Shown: positions 35,840-44,480 of the stretch, one piece after another
How positions within the stretch are numbered: position 1 is the stretch's first letter
Layout: each line of letters opens with the position of its first letter
Assembly: GCA_964392615.1 (NCBI GenBank)
Contig: CAYMRB010000002.1
Span: forward strand, 4,243-68,242
From: an uncultured Planctomycetia bacterium
Lineage (GTDB): Bacteria; Planctomycetota; UBA8108
Length of the DNA: 64,000 nucleotides
Reading direction: 5' to 3'
Position numbers and translations under genes: made by a program
Notes under the pieces: model-generated
The model's database searches: none
The model's input: only the letters and a program-made list of their open reading frames with translations
What the model was told of the DNA's origin: nothing

Positions 35840-38326
35840 TCAGCAGTCAGCGTTGGTCGGCGTCGGCGGAGGACCGCCCATGAAGAGGAAGCCGAGCAGC
35901 GCGATCGCGTCGCTCACGTCGAGCGCTCCGTCGTGATTCGTGTCGGCGGCGTCGGCGCAGGCGATCGGTTCGCCGCCGTCGAAGAGCGCGAGAAGCACGA
36001 AGACCGCGTCGGAGATGTCGACCGCTCCGTCGCCGTTCCCGTCCCCGCGCAGGGCCGTCGCGACGGGCGGTGACCACGCTCCGGTCGTGTCGTACCGCAC
36101 GTGGCGGATGTCGACTCGATAACCGTCTCCGAACGATCCTCGTGTGTAGTCGCCGAAGAGCAGGCGAGGGTCGTCTCGCGTCGAGTTGTAGCCCGCTCCA
36201 GCGGAGGGAGTCAGTCGAATGCCGTCGCGCCAGACGTGGTAGGCGCCAGCGGCTCTGACGTGGGCGACGCGATAGTCGTGGAACGCACCGTCCTCGTTGT
36301 CGCCATGCTCGGCCTCGAACGTCGTCGAGCGAGTCGCTCGAGCGTGGATCTCGACGAGGATCAGATCGTCACCCGTTCCGAGCCATAGAGCGAAGCCCGC
36401 GGCGATGTCGTCGAAGCGCAGGCGGATCTCGACGGTCCAATCGCCGCCGTTCGCCGTGTTCCACGTCGTCGCGCCACCATCCGCTGTCGACGCCGTGCCG
36501 TTGAGCACCGCGTTGCCGGTGTCGGTCGTGTTGACGAGGCGCAGCGAGCCGTCGGCGTTCCGCGATAGCTCCACTCCGCCGTCGTCGGACCAGCCGTTCC
36601 GGTAGCTCGTGCCGTCCCAGATCGCGCCGGCGTCGAACTGACGTGTGAACGTCGCCGAGTCCCTCAGGGCGAGCATCGTGCCGTCACCGCGTGCCTCGAC
36701 GTCCATGCCCAGCGCACGCGCGATCTCGCGAGCGATGTGACGCTCGCCGGCACCGTTCGGGTGGACGTCGTCGTAGGTCAACAAGTCGGCGTCGGTGCCG
36801 TCCGTCACCTCGACGTGCAGGACGGCCGAAGTCGCCGTCGACCACTCGGCGACAGCAGTCGCGAGGAGCGCGTTGTACGCATCGATTCTGTCGTTGAGCG
36901 CCGGAAAGGCGCGGTGGCCCGAGCCGACGTACGGCAGCGATGTCAGGTAGATCGTGCAGTGCGGGTTCGCGTCTTGGAGCTGCGACGTCATTGTTCGGAC
37001 GTCCGCGAGCACCTGGTTCGGGAGGACCTCGACGATGTCGTTCGTGCCGATCATCACGACGGCCGTGTCCGGCGTGTACGTCGTGCCGATGTTGCCCGTG
37101 TCGCTCGCGGAGGGGTCGGGGTAGGGGACCCAATTCCCCGCCGTGTCGACCTCGTACTGCGCGGTCTGGCCGGTCCAGTTCCGCAACGTTCCCTCGCCGC
37201 GGTTGTTGCCGCGCCGGCCGGATGGCAGTGGCAGCCGGCCCGATTCCCAGTAGGCGCGCCAGCCCCAGTGACCATCGTGGACGTTCGAGAACGCCCGCCC
37301 GCGGTAGTCGGGAGTCGACACGGCTCCGCGCGCATACGCGCCGGTCACCGAGCCGACGAACGTCCACGCAGCGCCATGATCCGCGAGGTGCTTGAAGAGC
37401 TCGTACCGATAGCTCGGGTGCCCGGCGCCTCCCTGCGTGATCGAATCGCCGATCACGACGAGGTCGCCGTAATCGCGATCGACGACGCCGGCATCGATCA
37501 ATGCCCATGCGAATCGCTGTCCGACGACCCGCTTCGCTTCCTTGTCGAAGTGGAGGTCGTCGTGCAGTCGCGACCGGAGATCGAGATTGTCGACATAGGT
37601 GATGGTCGGATCGGTTGCGGCCAGGGCCGATTGGCGGGAGCGGACGAGGTCCCGCGTCGCGCCGGCGGCGGCGATGCCCCCGATGACGACGTGCATGCCC
37701 GTCGCTCGCGGTAGATCGGCTCGCAGGTTCGCCGCCAGCGCGGCAAGACGGTCGCCGGCGAGAGAGGCTTCGGAGGCGCTATCGCTCTCGCCCTGAAGAT
37801 ACAGGCAGCCGACGATCTCGAACGTGTGTCCGTCCGCGATCAACGCGGCCGTCGCGCGCTCTACCGTCGCGATGATCTCGTCGTACATGTGGCCGCCCGT
37901 CGACCGCGACCAGTGTGCGTTGCCGCCGCCGCCGCGACTGACCTTGATGATGCCGAAGTCGCGCACTCCGGACCGGTACAGCGTGCGCGCACAGCCGAAC
38001 TCGGGGCCCCAATGCGTCGCGCTGCCGGGATAGAAACCTCCCTGCTGCTCGCGCAACGTCGTGAACGCGCCGCCAGAGTCACCGATCGTCGTCGACGCGT
38101 TCGCGACGTTGCGCCAGAAGAACCAGACCTTGGCGTCCACCGGATCGACTCCGGGTGACGGATCGGGCTGGTTCGGCTCGTTTGTCGTCCCGAGGGAGTT
38201 CGACTGTCCGGTCAGGAGGAACAGGCGGTAGTGCTCGGCGCGGGCGAGCCGGACAGGCGTCGCAACGAGCGCGAGGGCAGCGAGGACGACGCCGACGGCG
38301 CGAGTGGTGCAGCGCGAAGCGTTCAT
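35840..38326 (-). CDS. Four-part secreted protein: SASA/DUF303-like esterase, SGNH/GDSL hydrolase, a divergent copy of the repeat module, and a dockerin-like tail
   Basis: aa 33-280: LLTGQSNSLG ... YLQGESDS (sialate O-acetylesterase-like). aa 286-540: VVIGDSITQGG ... MIGTNDI ... DDVHPN (SGNH blocks I, III and V). aa 556-754: WTVEIRLRF, ALWLGTGDDLILVEI, EHGDNEDGAFHDYRVAH, YHVWRDGIRL, VRYDTTGAWSPP. aa 759-828: dockerin-like tail. Confidence 0.75.
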   Translation of the reverse strand: MNASRCTTRAVGVVLAALALVATPVRLARAEHYRLFLLTGQSNSLGTTNEPNQPDPSPGVDPVDAKVWFFWRNVANASTTIGDSGGAFTTLREQQGGFYPGSATHWGPEFGCARTLYRSGVRDFGIIKVSRGGGGNAHWSRSTGGHMYDEIIATVERATAALIADGHTFEIVGCLYLQGESDSASEASLAGDRLAALAANLRADLPRATGMHVVIGGIAAAGATRDLVRSRQSALAATDPTITYVDNLDLRSRLHDDLHFDKEAKRVVGQRFAWALIDAGVVDRDYGDLVVIGDSITQGGAGHPSYRYELFKHLADHGAAWTFVGSVTGAYARGAVSTPDYRGRAFSNVHDGHWGWRAYWESGRLPLPSGRRGNNRGEGTLRNWTGQTAQYEVDTAGNWVPYPDPSASDTGNIGTTYTPDTAVVMIGTNDIVEVLPNQVLADVRTMTSQLQDANPHCTIYLTSLPYVGSGHRAFPALNDRIDAYNALLATAVAEWSTATSAVLHVEVTDGTDADLLTYDDVHPNGAGERHIAREIARALGMDVEARGDGTMLALRDSATFTRQFDAGAIWDGTSYRNGWSDDGGVELSRNADGSLRLVNTTDTGNAVLNGTASTADGGATTWNTANGGDWTVEIRLRFDDIAAGFALWLGTGDDLILVEIHARATRSTTFEAEHGDNEDGAFHDYRVAHVRAAGAYHVWRDGIRLTPSAGAGYNSTRDDPRLLFGDYTRGSFGDGYRVDIRHVRYDTTGAWSPPVATALRGDGNGDGAVDISDAVFVLLALFDGGEPIACADAADTNHDGALDVSDAIALLGFLFMGGPPPTPTNADC
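35843..36052 (-). other. Dockerin-like double EF-hand module (C-terminus of the multi-esterase)
   Basis: RGDGNGDGAVDISDAVFVLLALFDGGEPIACADAADTNHDGALDVSDAIALLGFLFMGGPPPTPTNADC. Confidence 0.75.
36065..36661 (-). repeat. Divergent tenth copy of the ~200-aa repeat module (lacks the CC pair)
   Basis: It has the same block order as the copies at 46.6-55.8 kb (see the finding), but with lower identity. Confidence 0.55.
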
Positions 38327-38345
38327 GGTCGTCTGTGGCTTCGAG

Positions 38346-41300
38346 TCAGCGTGTGGATTGAGTCGGGAGAAGGTCGCTGAAGGGCAGCTTGATCAAGGTC
38401 ATCGACCTGTACCCACTGCTCTCGTAGAGACACAGCAGGCTCTTCTCGTCTGCCGACACTTGCAGCGCGGAGTAGGCGAACGGGCCGTGAATGACTCTCA
38501 CGACGTGCCATGTCTTGCCGTTGTCCCTCGACACCGCGATCTGTCCGTTCTTGCGGCCGGCATTGGACGGGAACGACGCCCACAAGCCCCACCTGCCGTC
38601 CGGCTGGATCGGCCCCTTGATGACGCTGCCCATGCAGGCCACAGAGGGCAGGCCACGGTCGACGTCGAACGCGCTCCACGTCTCCCCGCCGTCGTGGCTG
38701 ATCGCCTTCTTGCGGAACAGGTCGCCGCCCTGGTTTCGAGCGATGAGCACGAGATCGCCGTTCGACGCCTCGACCACCTGGCATTCGTTGGGAAAGCCCT
38801 TACCACTCGCATCGGCAAGCGGCTCGGTTCGCTTCCAGGTGCTCCCGTCGTCATCGCTGTGTGCCACGACGACTTGCCACTGGCGCGAGCGCTTGCCGTT
38901 CTTGATGACCGGCAGCGTTCCCCACAGTCCCGTGACGATGCGGCCTTCGTGTGGGCCTCTCGTCAACTGGATCATCGCGCCCGGCGTGTTGGCATTCAGG
39001 AGATGAGGCGGCTTGACCTGGCGGCTGATGTCGACTGGCTTCGACCACGTCTTGCCGTCGTCGTCGCTGTGACAGACGAATGTCAGGACGTTGGCCTTTG
39101 GATCGTCGTAACCGAGGTTGGCCATCTTGATCCAGCCGGCGTCGCGAGCGTGCCGACCGTACGGGAAGCGAGCAAACATCAGCAGGATGCGCCCGCACCG
39201 TAGCTGGACGGTCAACGGGTCGTTGATCGAATTCATGCCGTCTTCGTGGGCTACGATCTCGTCGCTCCACGACTTGCCGCCATTCGTGCTGCGCTTGAGA
39301 ACGATGTCGTTTTGCGCGTGATCGTGAAGACCCAGTCGCCGCTCCGCGAATGCGAGGATGGTGCCTTTCTTCGTCACGAGCAGCGACGGGATGCGGTAGC
39401 CGTATTTCGTCGCGTTTCTCGCATGGCCTTCGCGAGGAGCGCTTTCAGGGAGGTTCCGTTGCTCGAAGATGATTCGGGCGTCGTTCGGCGCCACGAGGTC
39501 GCGCAACGGAATGCGTTGGAATACGAGGTGCGCCTGGCTGCCTTCGTAGAGGATGCCGACCGTGTCCTCGTCGACCATCGTCATGCAGGAGTACCCGGCG
39601 CCGAGGCCCTCATCCATTAGCAGTTGATGAGTCTCCGGCCACGTCATGCCGCGATCGCGCGATGCCTTGATCGTGATGTGATGGCGTCCGCGGACGCTGT
39701 TCGGATTCGAGAAGAGGAGCCAGCCGCCCGCCTCCTTGCGGAGTTCGCCATCGACGTCGATCAAGCTCGCCATGCACGCGCGGGGTTCGATGAGAGCGCG
39801 TTCGGACGTCGCGTGCTTCTGCCATGTCGTTCCCATATCGCGGGTCGTCATCACGACGCGCGCGGACTTGCGATTGTAGCGGCAGTTGAGCATCAGCACG
39901 CCCGGCTCGATCTCCACGACCTGCGACTCCGTCGTGTCATCGAACGCACCCGTCCCGACGCGCCACGTCTCGCCGTGATCCTTCGAGTAGATGATCGTCG
40001 AATGGGGCAGGCGCTTCTTTGCGGGCGGATCCTGATACTGAGCGGGGAAGACGATCGTGCCGTCGCGCATCGTGATCCCCTTGCCGGGGCCCTGGAGGAT
40101 GAAGCACCACGCGGGGTCCTTGATCTGCCGGGTGATGTTGATCGGCTTCGACCAGGTGATGCCGTCGTCGTCGCTGCGCACCAGCATCAGCTGACCCGTC
40201 TCCTCCGGCTTCAAGCCCGGGCCGGAGCCGCGCCAGGAGCGGTTGCCGTGGCTCCACGTCGCCGCCACCCAGATCGTGCCCGTGCCGCGGTCCACGAGCA
40301 CGGCCGGGTCGCCGATGCCGTCGTAGTGCCACTTCCGGTCGCCACCCATGTCCATGACGACTCGCATCGGCTCCCAGGTTCGCCCTCCATCCGTCGATCG
40401 CGACATGCCGACGTCGATGTCTCCTGGCAGATCGCCGCCGCCGCGCCTGCGGCAGTCGTAGACCGCGATCAGCGTCCCGGCGTTCGTCGTCGCGAGGCCC
40501 GGAATGCGATACGTGTGGACACCCTGATCACCGCCGTTGCGGAGCGCGACGCCCAGTCGGTTCGCGGGGCCGGATGCTGCGACCGGTCGGATCGTCTTGC
40601 CGTTCGAGAGTCCGACCGACACGACGGCTGCATCGACGACGTGATCGATGTTCGCACCGGCACGCAGCCGGAACCCGACCCAGAACCGATTCGCGCCGCT
40701 GCGCAGTTCCTGCTCGCCGCGAAAGGCGAGCGATCCCTTCGGCGCCTGGGGCTTGCCGAAAACCGTCGCGCCGGCGAACACGTTCGCGGTACGCGTGCGC
40801 CAGGAGCCGGAGCCCGTGAAGTACACCGTGACCGACTCGACGTCGGCCAAGTCGGTCGTGCCGCGCGTCGAGACCTCGATCGACGTGACCTTCAACGGAT
40901 CGAGGGCACCCGCGGCCTCGATCGTCAAGCCCGTGACCGGGTTCCCCGGCAGGCCGATGAGAACCGGTGTGACCGACCGAGCGGCCGTCGCCGAGACGAC
41001 CTTCATCGGCACCGGCCTCTCGAGGCGCACATCGTCGATCAGGAGGCCGGATTTCTGCGGGCTGGTGCAGAGGAAGCGCAGCTTTTCGATTCCTGCGTCG
41101 ACGGGTACGGCCACCTCGGTCAGGAAGCCGCCGACGCGAATCGTGCGGCTGCCGTCGTATAGTGTCCTCCACTCATCGTGACGCAGCCCCTCGATGCGGA
41201 ATGCGAACGGCTTGCGGGCCGTCCAGCGCTCGGCCCAGAAGGAGAGGCGATACGAGACGCCGGGCTTGACGGACGGCACGAGCTCGACCGAGCGATCGGC

Positions 41301-41549
41301 GCCGCCGAAGATGTGCAAGCACTGGCGCCCGCCGTGTCGGTGATGCGGATCGATCTCGGCGTGCCCCGATTCGGCCGACCAGCGTCCGACGGCAGTGGTC
41401 AACGTTTCGAACGGTCCCGACTTCGCCGCCTCGAAGCCCTCTGCGGCGATCAGCGCGGGATCGGCGCGATCTTCGCGAGCGCGGTCTTGCGCGGGGACGG
41501 TGGCCACGAGCGCGGCAAGGCCGAATGCGATCAGCATCTTCTCAACCAT
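38346..41549 (-). CDS. Secreted tandem double GH33 sialidase with N-terminal CBM-like and sialidase-associated N-terminal domains
   Basis: Catalytic domain 1 (about nt 39501-40559) has the RIP motif HTYRIPGLATTNAGTLIAVYD and five Asp-boxes (STDGGRTW, SDDDGITW, SKDHGETW, TRDMGTTW, SRDRGMTW). Catalytic domain 2 (about nt 38376-39458) has YGYRIPSLLVTKKGTILAFAE and five Asp-boxes (STNGGKSW, SDDDGKTW, SDDDGSTW, SHDGGETW, SRDNGKTW). The start is at MVEKMLIAFGLAALVATVPAQ (41549), or at MLIAFG (41537). Confidence 0.85.
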   Translation of the reverse strand: MVEKMLIAFGLAALVATVPAQDRAREDRADPALIAAEGFEAAKSGPFETLTTAVGRWSAESGHAEIDPHHRHGGRQCLHIFGGADRSVELVPSVKPGVSYRLSFWAERWTARKPFAFRIEGLRHDEWRTLYDGSRTIRVGGFLTEVAVPVDAGIEKLRFLCTSPQKSGLLIDDVRLERPVPMKVVSATAARSVTPVLIGLPGNPVTGLTIEAAGALDPLKVTSIEVSTRGTTDLADVESVTVYFTGSGSWRTRTANVFAGATVFGKPQAPKGSLAFRGEQELRSGANRFWVGFRLRAGANIDHVVDAAVVSVGLSNGKTIRPVAASGPANRLGVALRNGGDQGVHTYRIPGLATTNAGTLIAVYDCRRRGGGDLPGDIDVGMSRSTDGGRTWEPMRVVMDMGGDRKWHYDGIGDPAVLVDRGTGTIWVAATWSHGNRSWRGSGPGLKPEETGQLMLVRSDDDGITWSKPINITRQIKDPAWCFILQGPGKGITMRDGTIVFPAQYQDPPAKKRLPHSTIIYSKDHGETWRVGTGAFDDTTESQVVEIEPGVLMLNCRYNRKSARVVMTTRDMGTTWQKHATSERALIEPRACMASLIDVDGELRKEAGGWLLFSNPNSVRGRHHITIKASRDRGMTWPETHQLLMDEGLGAGYSCMTMVDEDTVGILYEGSQAHLVFQRIPLRDLVAPNDARIIFEQRNLPESAPREGHARNATKYGYRIPSLLVTKKGTILAFAERRLGLHDHAQNDIVLKRSTNGGKSWSDEIVAHEDGMNSINDPLTVQLRCGRILLMFARFPYGRHARDAGWIKMANLGYDDPKANVLTFVCHSDDDGKTWSKPVDISRQVKPPHLLNANTPGAMIQLTRGPHEGRIVTGLWGTLPVIKNGKRSRQWQVVVAHSDDDGSTWKRTEPLADASGKGFPNECQVVEASNGDLVLIARNQGGDLFRKKAISHDGGETWSAFDVDRGLPSVACMGSVIKGPIQPDGRWGLWASFPSNAGRKNGQIAVSRDNGKTWHVVRVIHGPFAYSALQVSADEKSLLCLYESSGYRSMTLIKLPFSDLLPTQSTR

Positions 41550-42762
41550 CGATCGACGGACTCCCGGGAGTGTCGTCGGTCGCACGACCGAGCAGCTCCT
41601 CGACGATGCGCCAGCAGACGAGCTGCATGCGCGGAAGGTGAAACGGCCCCTTCCAGAGATTCCCCTTGAGGGGGACCGATACGCGGCCATCCCGGTGCAG
41701 ATAGCCGTACCACTCGCCGTGCTCCCGATCGGGGAAACGCTCGTAGGACCAATCGTGTACCGCCTGGTGCCAGCGCGCGTACTTCTCGTCGCCGGTCAGC
41801 GCGAAGGACAGCAGCGTCGCGATGATCGTCTCGTTGTGCGGCCACCAGAACTTCATGTCGTGCCAGTACTCCTGCACCGGCTTGTCCCACAGGTCGCGGA
41901 AGTACAGTATGCCGCCGTACTCCTGATCCCAACCGCGGCGCCACATCCAGTCGAGCATTGTCGTGCCGAGCTCGACCAGATCGCTGTCGCCACCGCGGTG
42001 GCGCGCTTCGTCGAGGATGAACCACGCGGCCTCGATCGCGTGACCGGGATTCAGCGTGCGGCCGTCGAAGTGGTCGATGACCTCGCCGTTCGGACCGACC
42101 GCTTCCATCACGACCTCGAGGTCGGTCTTGACGAAGTCGCGACGAATCTCGTCGATCGACTTCTCGATCTGTTCATCGGCGAGAGGATCGTCGATCGTCT
42201 CGCGCAGCACCTGCGCGACGCCGAGCAGGATCATCGGCGCGCCGATCGCTTTGGCCGGACGCGTCTGCGGATCGACCTTCGGCGGAATCAGCCCGGGCGT
42301 CGCGAAGTAGCGAATGACCAGTCGGAACAGGTCTCGCGCCTGCTGAGCCGCCTCGTCGTCGCCGCTTGCGCGCGCGTAGGCGGCCAGCGCGATCGCCGCG
42401 AACGCTTCGGTGAACACGTAGCGGCGCTTGCGCAGCGGTCGGCCATCGCGCGTCACGTGAAAGAACATGCGGCCATCGTCGTCGAAGCCGTGCTCGCGGA
42501 TGAAGCGCACGCCGTGCGCGGCGAGCTCGAGCCACTCGGGACGCTTCTCGACCGTGTTATAGAGCGTGCCGAGGAGCCACGTGAACCGACCGTGCTGCCA
42601 CATGCCCTTGTCGTCATCGAGGACGCTGCCGTCGCGATCGAGCGCGAACCGAAAGCCGCCGTGCTCGCGGTCGACGCAGTGGTCGATCCAGAATGGCAGC
42701 GTGTCGCCGAGGAGGCCATCGCGATAGACGGCGAGCAGCTCCCGGAGGCGTGGCTCGTTCAT
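41542..42762 (-). CDS. N-acylglucosamine 2-epimerase (AGE/renin-binding-protein family; ManNAc to GlcNAc step of sialic acid catabolism)
   Basis: The alpha6/alpha6-barrel AGE family pattern runs throughout: LPFWIDHCVDREHGGF, MWQHGRFTWLL, NPGHAIEAAWFIL, KFWWPHNETI and GEWYGYLHRDG. Confidence 0.85.
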   Translation of the reverse strand: MNEPRLRELLAVYRDGLLGDTLPFWIDHCVDREHGGFRFALDRDGSVLDDDKGMWQHGRFTWLLGTLYNTVEKRPEWLELAAHGVRFIREHGFDDDGRMFFHVTRDGRPLRKRRYVFTEAFAAIALAAYARASGDDEAAQQARDLFRLVIRYFATPGLIPPKVDPQTRPAKAIGAPMILLGVAQVLRETIDDPLADEQIEKSIDEIRRDFVKTDLEVVMEAVGPNGEVIDHFDGRTLNPGHAIEAAWFILDEARHRGGDSDLVELGTTMLDWMWRRGWDQEYGGILYFRDLWDKPVQEYWHDMKFWWPHNETIIATLLSFALTGDEKYARWHQAVHDWSYERFPDREHGEWYGYLHRDGRVSVPLKGNLWKGPFHLPRMQLVCWRIVEELLGRATDDTPGSPSIDG

Positions 42763-44480
42763 GGCGATTCTCCAGGTTCGTCGATGGGCATGTTCACGTG
42801 GCGCGAGCTGGCGGGGTTCGCCTGGATCCAGGCGCGAATGCGCGCGATCACCTCGGGGTGATCAGCCGACACGTCGTCGTGCTCGGACACTCCGAACGTC
42901 GCGCGGATGTCGAACAGCTGCACAGAGCCGTCTGCCAGAAACACGCACTTCCACTTGCCGTGACGTGCGAAGCGGGCGAATCGGCGGTCGACCGGGATCG
43001 TCGCGGCGAGTCGCCGCTTGACCGCAGCGTGCCGTGGATCGGCAGCGACGTTGAACCACTCCTCGGGATCGACCTCCAGATCGTAGAGCTCCTCGCTGCC
43101 GTCGAAGTAGCGGATGTAGCGCCACCGCTCGGTGAACACGCTGTGCGTGCCGCGACCGACCGACGCGACGACGTGCCGCGTCCACTCGCGACGTGGATCT
43201 CCGACGAGAGGGAGCAGGCTCCTGCCCTCCAGCTCGGAGCGCATGGGAAGGCCACACGCGTCGATCAGCGTGGGGTAGAGGTCGAGAAGGCTGACGGGTG
43301 CGTCACAGCGTGAACCGGGCGCGAAGCCCCTCGGTGGGGCACCGCGCGGCGGCACGATGACGAGCGGCACGCGCAGCGAGCCGCGCCACGGGTCGTGCTT
43401 GCCCCAGTGCTCCTTCTCGCCGAGCGACCAGCCGTGGTCGGACCACAGGACGATCCACGTGTTGTCCGCCTGCTCGCTGCGGTCGAGCGCGTCGACGACT
43501 TTGCCGACCTGCGCGTCGGCGAATGCGATGGTCGCGAGGTACGCAGCGACCCCGGCGCGCCATTGGCCCTCGCGAGCGACCGTGGCGTGTGTTCCCGCCG
43601 ACCAGGCCGCACCGGCAAGGTCTCTGCCGGCTCGCGGTACATCGTGGAGGTCGCCGGCGATCGTCGGCGGTAGCGCGACGCGCTGAGGGTCGAACAGCTC
43701 GAAGTACTTGCGCGGCACGATGAACGGTTGGTGTGGCTTGTAGAAGCCGACCGCCAGAAAGAACGGAGCGTCTCGACGCCTCTCGAGCTTCTCGACGGCC
43801 CAGCGCGCGATCCTGCCGTCCGGAAACGCGTCGTCGTCGACGTCCAGCGGTCCCCATTCGAACGTGTCGTACGTCATCGTGGGCCGATCGATGAGCGACA
43901 GGCCGCCGTTCATCGGCAGCGTGCAGCGAATGCCGTCTCGATCGATGCGTCGCGACTCGCCGCCTTCGAGTCCCGCGGCGAGGAACTCGTCGTGGGTGAA
44001 CGGAGTGCCGACGATGCCGCAGTCCGGTCCGTACTCGTGCCAGAGCTCGGGAAGCCGCTGACCGAGGCCGTGGTTGACCTTGCCCGCGCCGAGCACGCGA
44101 TAGCCGTGCCGCTTGAAGTGCAGAGGAAGGCCGACAGCGTTCGGGACGCGATCGGCGTACGTTCCGAGGTTCGTGTAGACGCCGGTCGTCTCCGGACGCA
44201 TTCCGGTCAGCACGGCGGCGCGCGAGGGCCCGCAGATCGGGGACACGCAGTGTGCGTTCGTGAACAGCACGCCGCGGTGAGCGAGGCGGTCGATGTTCGG
44301 AGTCCGCGCGTCCGGATGCCCATCGAGGCAGCCGACCCAATCGGCGAGGTCGTCGACCGCGATGAAGAGGACGTTCGGGCGCTTCGGCGCGGCAGCGGCG
44401 GCGGTATCGAACGACGCCGCACACCACGAGCCGACCACGAGCACGAGAGCGACTCGTTGCAGCCTCTCAGGGACCGTCAT
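42759..44480 (-). CDS. Cys-type sulfatase (iduronate-2-sulfatase-like)
   Basis: Signal peptide, then NVLFIAVDDLADWVGCLDG, TPNIDRLA and CGPSRAAVLTGMRPETTG (C-x-P-x-R), plus WSDHGWSLGEKEHWGK. I trimmed the start from 44933 to 44480. Its stop overlaps the AGE start by 4 nt. Confidence 0.85.
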   Translation of the reverse strand: MTVPERLQRVALVLVVGSWCAASFDTAAAAAPKRPNVLFIAVDDLADWVGCLDGHPDARTPNIDRLAHRGVLFTNAHCVSPICGPSRAAVLTGMRPETTGVYTNLGTYADRVPNAVGLPLHFKRHGYRVLGAGKVNHGLGQRLPELWHEYGPDCGIVGTPFTHDEFLAAGLEGGESRRIDRDGIRCTLPMNGGLSLIDRPTMTYDTFEWGPLDVDDDAFPDGRIARWAVEKLERRRDAPFFLAVGFYKPHQPFIVPRKYFELFDPQRVALPPTIAGDLHDVPRAGRDLAGAAWSAGTHATVAREGQWRAGVAAYLATIAFADAQVGKVVDALDRSEQADNTWIVLWSDHGWSLGEKEHWGKHDPWRGSLRVPLVIVPPRGAPPRGFAPGSRCDAPVSLLDLYPTLIDACGLPMRSELEGRSLLPLVGDPRREWTRHVVASVGRGTHSVFTERWRYIRYFDGSEELYDLEVDPEEWFNVAADPRHAAVKRRLAATIPVDRRFARFARHGKWKCVFLADGSVQLFDIRATFGVSEHDDVSADHPEVIARIRAWIQANPASSRHVNMPIDEPGESP

